Origin: a virus
Reading direction: 5' to 3' (one strand)
IMG/VR virus record: IMGVR_UViG_3300025679_000007
Coordinates: 7,285 to 71,284 of that record
Length of the DNA: 64,000 bases
The notes below the pieces were generated by a model, which saw only the letters and a list, made by a program, of their open reading frames with translations, was not told the origin of the DNA and made no database searches. The position numbers and the translations under genes are program-made. Position 1 is the first letter of the stretch. Each line of letters opens with the position of its first letter. This document shows positions 56,395 through 64,000 of this stretch, one piece after another.

Positions 56395-57450
56395 TCAGAC
56401 GACGCGAGCTTCTGTATTGAGCAGCTGGTCGGATACTCTCACGGGAAAACCGCGCCAGTTATCGGTAACAATTCCCGCATAATCAGCCAACTGTAGAAGT
56501 ACGTTCCTCCCTCGCATGGCCTGCACGTCCATGAAATGGCGAACGGTCCGGTTCGTGATCCACACCGGCCGAATGCTCGGCGTCGCGTCGGTTGGCGCGT
56601 CCGTCTTGGTGATACCGGATGCTTTCTTGCCAAGGGCGGGCGGAAAGTACGCGATCTCGGCCATGCCGCCGAACAGATCGTAGGCGTTCGGACCGGCGAG
56701 GCCGGCATTGGTCACGTCGATGTTCGCGATGCGCGCCGCCTGGCGCCAGTCCTCGGGAACAAGGCCCATCTGGCAGCGGAACCATGACGTGAAGGCTTCG
56801 AACCGGTTGCCCACCGCGTCAAACGCCGGCGTCACGTCGCCCTTGTCTTCCATGGTCAGCCCGACCTTGGAACCGCGGGGGTAGATGCCGTAAATGGTGC
56901 GTTCGCCGAGGCACAACAGCCAGAGGGAGGCGTTGGAGGTGCCGGTTCCGCCCGCGTCGACCACATTGGCGCCGTTCTGCGCACCGCCGGCTGAAATGTC
57001 GGAATTAAGCGAGTTGTAGAACCCGGACAGCCCCATGAACTCCTGCGGCGTGGCCAGGGTATTGCCGTAGAAGCAGGTCTGTTCCAGCGTCTGCCCCATG
57101 CCTTCGAGAAACGCCGCGTCTTCGTTCATGCGGAACTGCTCGATGTCGCCACTGTCCTCCGCGAGGGTGCGATCGACCTGGGAATAATCCACCAGTTCAC
57201 CGACACCGATACGGAATTTCGCCGTGGTCGACTTGCTGTAGGGCGTGCCCTGGTTGTAACCGCGCCACGAACCGGCGGGGATCGAGGTGCGGAACACGCC
57301 TTCATGTGCGCCAACCTCGTTCGCCTCGCGATAGGGCAGGTCGTCATACAGCGCGATCGACTGCGACAGCATCTCGGCGATATGGACCTGCTTGCCATTC
57401 ACGGTGCGACTTGCGAGATCAAGAATCGTAGGCCACTGACCTGTAGCGAT
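56395..57450 (-). CDS. Major capsid protein (BPP-1-like), apparent ATC start
   Basis: IAEMLSQ..WRGYNQG..DWRQAARIANID..RGFPVRVSDQLLNTE; GGAGGCTAAA-ATC-GCT-ACA in frame. Confidence 0.88.
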   Translation of the reverse strand: MATGQWPTILDLASRTVNGKQVHIAEMLSQSIALYDDLPYREANEVGAHEGVFRTSIPAGSWRGYNQGTPYSKSTTAKFRIGVGELVDYSQVDRTLAEDSGDIEQFRMNEDAAFLEGMGQTLEQTCFYGNTLATPQEFMGLSGFYNSLNSDISAGGAQNGANVVDAGGTGTSNASLWLLCLGERTIYGIYPRGSKVGLTMEDKGDVTPAFDAVGNRFEAFTSWFRCQMGLVPEDWRQAARIANIDVTNAGLAGPNAYDLFGGMAEIAYFPPALGKKASGITKTDAPTDATPSIRPVWITNRTVRHFMDVQAMRGRNVLLQLADYAGIVTDNWRGFPVRVSDQLLNTEARVV

Positions 57451-57499
57451 TTTAGCCTCCTGTTGTGCGCCAAGTGGTCATCGCACTGGCCTGGTGGAA

Positions 57500-58345
57500 T
57501 TAACGCCCGGCCGCCTTACGCGACGTGGGATGGTCGTACATCGACGCGGACCTGGATTGTTTCGCGTTCCCACCACGATCCGGAACTGGTCTGGCTGGAA
57601 TGGGCGGGGCGGCGGGCTCGTCGAATATCCGCGCCGCCGTGTGCAGCAACCGCATCATCGCGGGATGGTCGCCAGCGCCCGTGACGCGCATGAAATCATC
57701 GAATTCGGCGCGGTGCGCTTCCGGAACCAATAGGTCTCGCATCCGCGCCGCCGCCATGAGCGCGGTGTCGAACCCGGCGCCTCCAAGGGTTGGGTCTGAC
57801 CTGATCTTATCGACCCAGCCACGCCTCGTTTCGGCGAAATCACTGTGCTGTTTGGCGAATACCGCGTCCTGAAACTGCTTCAGCGTACCCGCGTGCAGAT
57901 CGACCAGCTTTTGCGCGGTTTCCTGATCGACTTTGGCGGGCCCAACGATTTCCTGGAACGCGGCTATCCTGGCTTCGTCGACCGGCACGCCATCAGGCAG
58001 CTTGAACGGCTCGTATTTGACCGCAGCGGTGACTTCGGCGGTCGTCTTTTCCGCGTCAGCCGCCGGTTTTTCGGTCGACTTCGGCTTTTCTTCCGCCTTT
58101 CCGGCGGTTTCCAGCAGGCTCGGTGCGTCGGTGTGAAGCGGAGTTGGCTTTTCTGTCTCGGTAACCGGATCGGGCGCTGGCGCCTCAACAACCGCCGGTG
58201 CCTCTGCTTCCGCCACCACTTCCGGCGGCGGCATCTGAACCGCGACGCTCTCAGGTGTATGGATCGTTGCTTCGGCGATCGGCGGCGTCGCGGGCACGAC
58301 TACGGGCGCCTCGGGGGCGGGTGCTACAGGCTCTTCGGGTGGCAT
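57500..58345 (-). CDS. Capsid scaffolding protein
   Basis: P/E/A-rich N-terminus, AQKLVDL, GAGDHP, C-terminal MYD; upstream of capsid gene. Confidence 0.82.
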   Translation of the reverse strand: MPPEEPVAPAPEAPVVVPATPPIAEATIHTPESVAVQMPPPEVVAEAEAPAVVEAPAPDPVTETEKPTPLHTDAPSLLETAGKAEEKPKSTEKPAADAEKTTAEVTAAVKYEPFKLPDGVPVDEARIAAFQEIVGPAKVDQETAQKLVDLHAGTLKQFQDAVFAKQHSDFAETRRGWVDKIRSDPTLGGAGFDTALMAAARMRDLLVPEAHRAEFDDFMRVTGAGDHPAMMRLLHTAARIFDEPAAPPIPARPVPDRGGNAKQSRSASMYDHPTSRKAAGR

Positions 58346-58383
58346 GAAACCTCGTCAGGAGGTGCTTTGGAGGAATGTCGCGG

Positions 58384-58776
58384 CTATCGCCGTTCCGTCT
58401 TAACCTTCACGAACCGGGGGTCGTGCTCTTCCATCGTGAGCGCGAAACCGTCCCGTGCCATGTGTAGCCAGCGCTGATACAGTCGTTGGCCGATCGAATA
58501 CTGTCCCGCCTTGAACCAGGTCGCCTCGGGCTGCGGGAATCCGTTGGGACCGCAGGCGAATGGCGGGGTAAAGCCGTGGCAGTCATCGTGCAGCAGACGC
58601 CACATCACGCGACGGCCGATCTTGTCATTGAACACCGCGCGCCAGAACGACTCTTCTTCCTGCGCCTCGCGGCGCAGCTTGTCCCGTGACCGGCGTTGCG
58701 ACTTGGGGTCGGTAAGATCGGTGGTCTCTGGAAGCGGCGGATCTTCTGGCTCGTCGCCTTCGAGCGTGTCGCTCAC
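58384..58776 (-). CDS. Bbp19-like protein
   Basis: GRRVMWRLL..F.AG...G; GTGA overlap. Confidence 0.65.
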   Translation of the reverse strand: MSDTLEGDEPEDPPLPETTDLTDPKSQRRSRDKLRREAQEEESFWRAVFNDKIGRRVMWRLLHDDCHGFTPPFACGPNGFPQPEATWFKAGQYSIGQRLYQRWLHMARDGFALTMEEHDPRFVKVKTERR

Positions 58777-59249
58777 GCGGCGCATCGCCCCGGCACGATC
58801 AACCCACTGGGCACCTGAACCATACGCCCTTGCGTCCGGTTCTGACCTTTGGCCGGCTTCGGCAGGATCATGCCGACACGACCCGTCGCCGTCGTTTCCA
58901 GTTCTTCCACGCGCGCCACGCCGAACCGCAGGTTTTCGGCCAGGCGCAGGAACAGCGGATGCGCGAGGTTGGAATTCTCGGTGCGCGGCATTGATCGGTC
59001 CCGGAGCCAACCGCCCGCGCGTCGGTGCGCCTCTTCCATCATCAGGCCGATGCGGAACCATCGGGCGTCCTGGCGATACCATCCCACCTGACGGCAGCAG
59101 TTCTCGCAGGTTTGCAGGTCGGCGCGGAGTTGGAGATACGTTGGGCCACGCGCCGGTAGGACGGCGAGCTTATCGCAATGCTCGGCGGCGCGGCGGAACG
59201 CCTCTTTGAGGAGCGAGAGAATTTCCCGCTCCGTCACGTTGCCTGCCAT
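58773..59249 (-). CDS. Hypothetical protein
   Basis: GGAG SD. Confidence 0.65.
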   Translation of the reverse strand: MAGNVTEREILSLLKEAFRRAAEHCDKLAVLPARGPTYLQLRADLQTCENCCRQVGWYRQDARWFRIGLMMEEAHRRAGGWLRDRSMPRTENSNLAHPLFLRLAENLRFGVARVEELETTATGRVGMILPKPAKGQNRTQGRMVQVPSGLIVPGRCAA

Positions 59250-59337
59250 CGTTACTCCAGGGAGATCGCCGCGTCAGAAAATGACTTCAAGACGGCCAGG
59301 AACTGCCTTCCTCAACGGGAATCCGCAGTATACCGGG

Positions 59338-59367
59338 AAAGTAGGATCGGAATTCAACCGGTGTCAA
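59338..59367 (-). promoter_or_regulatory. Possible sigma70-type promoter upstream of scaffold/capsid genes
   Basis: TTGACA-N18-TACTTT on the - strand in an intergenic gap. Confidence 0.45.
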
Positions 59368-59434
59368 GCGGGGGTAGTGTCCGTCAGCCAAGCCTTCAGT
59401 TCGCTCGACCAGTATAACCGCGACCCAAAGTCGA

Positions 59435-59698
59435 TCACTCGTCATCCGTCTGCAGCGGATCGGCACGCCCCGCGCCCTCGCGATCCATCAACCGCTGGTG
59501 CGCGGCGTCGTCCTCGTACGAGTCGTCCTGGCCTTCGTTGAACCCGCGTCCGAACTCCGTATCCGCGGCGGGTGTGCCGGCGGCGGGGAATTCGTCATTG
59601 TAGCCGTGGCTGTATCCCCGGTCATAGGCGGACTGAGCCATCGCCGGGACAGCGGACAGGGCAACAACAACAACGGAAATATGGAGAAAGTGCATCAT
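59435..59698 (-). CDS. Small secreted acidic protein
   Basis: Signal ..VPAMA|QSAYDRGY..GRGFNEG. Confidence 0.55.
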   Translation of the reverse strand: MMHFLHISVVVVALSAVPAMAQSAYDRGYSHGYNDEFPAAGTPAADTEFGRGFNEGQDDSYEDDAAHQRLMDREGAGRADPLQTDDE

Positions 59699-59742
59699 GG
59701 GCGGTATGATGGCACGCCAGCACGCCCGGACGCCAGGATATT

Positions 59743-61569
59743 TCAACTCCGCATCACGCCCTGCGACGGCGATCCCAGCAACGCGCCCAGCGCGCCTGCC
59801 TGAGGATCGGTCTTGCTCAACTGCTGCGCCGCCGTCACCGCCGCCGGCGCGATCTGCGCCGCCTGCGCCACCTGCGCCTGCTTGGCCTTCGCCTCCCGCA
59901 ACTGCTTGACCATTGAGGCGCCCCTGATCACTTTCGACGTGACCTGACCGTTTTCCGCCGTCAAACGCAGCGCTTCGTCCAGGTCAATCACGTCGAGCGG
60001 GTCCGGCGCACCCGATTCCTTGGCGCCCTGGCTCATTTGAATCGCGGAAGCCACCACGGCGGCGATCCCCGTGTTGGCCGAAGCGGCCTGGGCGATCTTC
60101 ATCATTGAGATGCAATCAACCTTCAGCGGCATACCCATGAGCGAGGGCGGGCGTGGCTTCAACAGGCGCCGACGGGCGCAGATATCAAGCGCGCGCATCA
60201 CGGCCGGCGCGGCAACCTCGGTGGTGAACAGGTTCACGAACGGCCCCAGCGATTGCAACCGCTCCAGGTCGCGCTTTGTCAGTTCCAGTTCGTTTCTCGG
60301 TTGCACCCCGGCCATCTGGGTGATCGCCATGAACAGGTTGACGAAAAAGCATTCCTTGATCCGAAGTTGAATTTCCTTGATGTCCTCGATCATGGGCGGC
60401 AACGCGGCGGGACTGACCTCGAACAGCGGCCAGAACCCCTTCTTGCCGCCTTCCGTGCTGGTGTAGGTGATGTTGCCCGGCACGATCGAACTCGGTTCGT
60501 TTTTCATCTCCGGATTGGCGCCCATTGGCGGGCGCACCAACTTTTCGATGAATTCGCCCTTGCGGCGGGTTTCCATCTGTAGTTGCTTCGTGTCGCCCAG
60601 GCAGTCCATCCCTGGCGAGCGGCCATACGCATCGTTCGAGACCACCGACCAGCGCGCCGCGAAGAACGGGCAGCCATTGAACCCGCGCCGGCTCAATTCG
60701 GCTTCGGTCTGCTGCCCTTTGAGCCAGTAGACCTCGCGCCAGGTGAAATGCCCCGGCACCACGTTGATTTTCGCTGAACTCTGCTTGTTGCGCGACATGG
60801 CGAAGTTCGGCTCGATCGCGTGCGCGACGATCATTTCCATCTCAAGCGAGCCGCCGCCCTGTTCCCACCGGCTGCGCACTTGCTCGGGGCAGGCGTCCAG
60901 CCCGAACATATCCACGATCTGTTGGATGGTCAGAACGAATTCCCGATATAGCGTATCGACGCTCAGACGTGATCCGACCGCGAGATAATACTCCCCGCTG
61001 CACGGCAGATAGCAGCGCAACACGTCCTCTGCGTCCTCGTACATGATGATCGGCGCCGTGCCGAACGTGGCGACATCCTGAAACGATTGCGCCATGATGT
61101 TATAAAAGTTCGACTGCGCGAACACGTAATAGAGAATGCGCTCGGCGTCTTCGAGCCACGCCTTGGCGGCGTCGTCCAGTTCAATCCAGTCAATCGCGAT
61201 GCCGAGCTCGAACCATGGCCGGGTCGGCGGAGTCAGGCCGGACCACATGCCAGCGGCGCAGGTTTGCATCGCCAGCGTCGCTGTGCTGTCAACGATCGCG
61301 CTGTTAAGCGGAACGCCCTTTTGCATCGTGTTGGCGACGACCAGCCAATGATACCGCCGCGGCAGAATGAACTCGGCGCAACTGGCCCAATAGGTCCACC
61401 AACTGAAACGCCAGTCCCGCAGTGCCGTGAGGCGGCTTTCCAGTTGCGGATAGATGATATCCCAGTCCTTGCCCTCCGGCTGGTCGCTTGGTAGCGATGG
61501 CGGCTGCATAGATAGCAGTTGCGGGCCCGCCATTTCGTAATGGGCGACGCTGGTTTGAGCTTCGGACAT
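59743..61569 (-). CDS. Portal (head-tail connector)
   Basis: DSTA..AAGM..PWF, SNFY, ARW..YGRSPG; T7/BPP-1 connector type. Confidence 0.93.
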   Translation of the reverse strand: MSEAQTSVAHYEMAGPQLLSMQPPSLPSDQPEGKDWDIIYPQLESRLTALRDWRFSWWTYWASCAEFILPRRYHWLVVANTMQKGVPLNSAIVDSTATLAMQTCAAGMWSGLTPPTRPWFELGIAIDWIELDDAAKAWLEDAERILYYVFAQSNFYNIMAQSFQDVATFGTAPIIMYEDAEDVLRCYLPCSGEYYLAVGSRLSVDTLYREFVLTIQQIVDMFGLDACPEQVRSRWEQGGGSLEMEMIVAHAIEPNFAMSRNKQSSAKINVVPGHFTWREVYWLKGQQTEAELSRRGFNGCPFFAARWSVVSNDAYGRSPGMDCLGDTKQLQMETRRKGEFIEKLVRPPMGANPEMKNEPSSIVPGNITYTSTEGGKKGFWPLFEVSPAALPPMIEDIKEIQLRIKECFFVNLFMAITQMAGVQPRNELELTKRDLERLQSLGPFVNLFTTEVAAPAVMRALDICARRRLLKPRPPSLMGMPLKVDCISMMKIAQAASANTGIAAVVASAIQMSQGAKESGAPDPLDVIDLDEALRLTAENGQVTSKVIRGASMVKQLREAKAKQAQVAQAAQIAPAAVTAAQQLSKTDPQAGALGALLGSPSQGVMRS

Positions 61570-61630
61570 GCGTTTGCTTTGCTGGTTGGCTTATCAGGAG
61601 ATATTCGCCACCTCGGGACGGCGACTAAGC

Positions 61631-61852
61631 TCAATACCCGAGAAGCTGCTTTTTCTCGGTGTCGGCCGGGGCGGCGCCCTCGGGCGAACTCGCGACCGTC
61701 CCCTCGTATCCGGCACCCGAAGCCGCCGCGATCCGTGCCGCCTGCATCGCGCCAGCCTGCTGCGTGGCGCTGTCCGCCGGCTGAGCCGGAGACGGCGGTG
61801 GGGGTGGTGGCGCCGGTGGCGCGGGAGTGGATGGTGAGCCGCCGAATCCCAT
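61631..61852 (-). CDS. Small Pro-rich protein upstream of portal
   Basis: MG..PPPP..KKQLLG, typical at this position. Confidence 0.7.
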   Translation of the reverse strand: MGFGGSPSTPAPPAPPPPPPSPAQPADSATQQAGAMQAARIAAASGAGYEGTVASSPEGAAPADTEKKQLLGY

Positions 61853-61866
61853 GTCAGTCGTCCCTT

Positions 61867-63339
61867 TCAGGCGTAAGGATCATAATCACTCTGATGCCGT
61901 GACGTGCCGCCCGATTGTTGGCTCAGCGCGGCGGTGTAGTCCCAGTCCGACCGCATCCCACCGCCGGTCTTCTGTTGCGTCTTGGCCGTGACCGGATGCG
62001 CGAAGGTGAGCACGAAGGCGTCCGCGTGGTCGGGGGAATACCCAAGTCGTTCTTTCACCAATGCCTTCGGCTCTAAGAGCAGGCGATCGCCGCGCGTCGT
62101 GTAGGTTGTTCTGGACAGCGCCGCGCATAATTCCGGCATTCCAGGTGTCGTCATTGGCGGAAGCTGGCCGCCGCCGCGAATCCAGACCACGGCCTCGAAA
62201 TACATTTCGGCCCGCTTGTTGGCGTACCGGCCCGATGCCGATCCTTCCGCGAAGCCGACACCGATCGGCGTCTTACCCAGAAGCCGCAGATTATCGATCC
62301 AGGACGTACCATAGCCGCCGGTGTTGTCGATGAAACAGGCATCTGCGCCCCACTCGTCCCATTTGCGCGAGACCTGAGAGGCTCCCTGGATGCCGTCGAG
62401 GTTGCGGTACGTCAGCGGCGCGAGTGCAACGAGGCCTTGGCGTGGGGAAATCACACTGGCATCATCACCATAGAGCGCCACGTCGACCCCAAGCACCTTG
62501 GCCGCTTTCTCGATGTCTCCGGCGCGGTAGGATCGTGTGGTGGCGGCGGTCAGTTCCTCCATCCCCACCAGCGTATTGAGGCTCGATTCTGGGAACTCGC
62601 CAAATACGTTGACGCGAACCCAGCTATTATCCCGTCCGTACGCTCGAATCTGATCCTGTGCCCACTCGACCGAAACTCGCGACGATCGCCGTGGGTTATC
62701 CGGATCGCCGTTGACCGTGACCACATGCCACCGGTCACGCTCCTGGTGGGCCTTGAACAGCGCCCCTTCGCGATGGGTTGGGTTGCCACCCTGAAGAATG
62801 TGGCCCTCCACGCACGAGGACAGGGCCGCCTCGGCCGATACCATGACCGCATCTGGGGTGCCGCCAGACTCGTCCAGGATAAAGGCCACGTAGTCCGCGT
62901 GAAGGCCGGCAAGCGAGTTCGCCTGCTCTTCCCGCGATCCGTTCCGGGGCCAGGACCGCGCCGACATCCACCACGTCGCGGGGTGGGCGCGGCATTCAAT
63001 ACGTGTTTTTCGCCACTCGAAGATTGATTGCAGAAGAGGCGACTTATACAGCCATGAGGCGCACTCCTTCCAGAAGTTGTCTTCAAGATTTTCCTTGGTA
63101 ATGGAAATCGCCGCGATATTGCAATGCGGACGCGTCAGAAGGAAATTCCACGCCAGCCACGCCTCAACGGCGGTTTTCCCAACGCCCTTGCTCGCGAGCA
63201 TGGCGATACGCTGGTTATGCGGAAACGCTTCGAGCACGTCATCCTGCCATGGCTCGGGCTCGACATCGAACAACTCCCGGACCATCTGACCTGGATGCTC
63301 ACGCCACCGTCGTAGCGCATCGATCGCGATCTCGCTCAA
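61867..63339 (-). CDS. terL: Terminase large subunit
   Basis: KGVGKT Walker A, ILDES Walker B, GVDVA, SPDHADA nuclease motifs. Confidence 0.95.
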   Translation of the reverse strand: MSEIAIDALRRWREHPGQMVRELFDVEPEPWQDDVLEAFPHNQRIAMLASKGVGKTAVEAWLAWNFLLTRPHCNIAAISITKENLEDNFWKECASWLYKSPLLQSIFEWRKTRIECRAHPATWWMSARSWPRNGSREEQANSLAGLHADYVAFILDESGGTPDAVMVSAEAALSSCVEGHILQGGNPTHREGALFKAHQERDRWHVVTVNGDPDNPRRSSRVSVEWAQDQIRAYGRDNSWVRVNVFGEFPESSLNTLVGMEELTAATTRSYRAGDIEKAAKVLGVDVALYGDDASVISPRQGLVALAPLTYRNLDGIQGASQVSRKWDEWGADACFIDNTGGYGTSWIDNLRLLGKTPIGVGFAEGSASGRYANKRAEMYFEAVVWIRGGGQLPPMTTPGMPELCAALSRTTYTTRGDRLLLEPKALVKERLGYSPDHADAFVLTFAHPVTAKTQQKTGGGMRSDWDYTAALSQQSGGTSRHQSDYDPYA

Positions 63340-63340
63340 C

Positions 63341-63730
63341 CTATTCGACTTTGGGTTTCAGGCTTTGCTTGACCAACTGCTCGAAAGTAACTTCAGCGTT
63401 GAAATTTTTATTCGTGGCCTGCGGCATCCCCTCGGATCGGTTCAGGTACGCGACCGCCGCCGATAGCTGCGTTTCCTCGCGTTCCGCGTTCAACGCGAGA
63501 TCGCCGATGACCTCCCGCATTTGCCGTTGCCGCTCTTCCTCTGCGGCGGCCAGAAGGCAGCGGGCGGCCTGCTTTTCTGGTGAAAACGTGTCCGGCGGAG
63601 GTCGAGTCGTCCCATCGAATGGCTTCCGTTGGCTTCCGGCGCCCTTCGCGGGGCCGCCCCAACCATCTCCCTTGCCGGCGCCGCGCGCGGGAATCCCCGA
63701 GGCTGGGGCGAATGTGGTGGGCTTTGGCAT
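63341..63730 (-). CDS. Terminase small subunit (putative)
   Basis: Immediately upstream of terL; GWGGPAKG and YLNR.EG.P pattern. Confidence 0.65.
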   Translation of the reverse strand: MPKPTTFAPASGIPARGAGKGDGWGGPAKGAGSQRKPFDGTTRPPPDTFSPEKQAARCLLAAAEEERQRQMREVIGDLALNAEREETQLSAAVAYLNRSEGMPQATNKNFNAEVTFEQLVKQSLKPKVE

Positions 63731-64000
63731 GGGGATTTCCGGATCGCTGGCGCGCGGGCGCGATATAATGCAAGGCACCTGTCACGATTAAAGCGGATAT
63801 GTCAAGAATTCGCGTCAGCAGGTAGTGGGTCAGTTTCAAAAACTGACCCACTACCCGTCCCTGCGCTCCGTGGCGCGCGCGCACGCGGGGTGCTATTACC
63901 GGTCACGAACGGCGAATCCGTCCCAACCGCTCCCACGGCAACCCGGAAACCGGATCAATCAGGATCGGCGAAGCGGGAGGCTCGATCGACACGGCGGCTC

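Larger units (their letters stand above)
1..64000. mobile_element. Temperate podovirus-type phage genome (partial)
   Basis: Integrase/excisionase, recombination genes, terminase, portal, scaffold, capsid, tail tubular A/B, ejection proteins and lysis genes; no host housekeeping genes. Confidence 0.95.

Noticed and set aside
63770-63810. Promoter upstream of the small terminase (TTGACA on the - strand)
   Set aside because: No properly spaced -10 element found

Overview
The whole window is a large part of a temperate, high-GC podovirus-type phage genome. Its BPP-1/T7-like morphogenesis module and its gene content suggest an alphaproteobacterial host (inference). The left arm (+ strand, about 1-10.6 kb) carries early recombination genes, an excisionase, a tyrosine integrase and an attP-like site matching a tRNA-Ala/tmRNA-type 3' end. 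A 4.6-kb IS1595-family element with cargo genes (10597-15190, 8-bp target duplication) interrupts a MazG-like gene and carries HEPN-motif and Panacea-type genes. The right arm (- strand, 16.3-63.7 kb) runs terminase, portal, scaffold, capsid, tail, ejection proteins, fibres and lysis. Most unusual features: (1) about seven fibre/decoration-type late genes encode Sec or Tat signal peptides, suggesting exported virion appendages; (2) five tandem paralogues of the tail adaptor/ring protein; (3) SD-preceded genes nested in the +1 frame of the 2603-aa ejection protein; (4) a scaffold C-terminal MYDHP motif reused by small charged proteins; (5) an HNH endonuclease that duplicates the 5' end of the gene it invaded; (6) an ATC start on the major capsid gene. 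All family assignments come from motif recognition by eye; no database searches were run.
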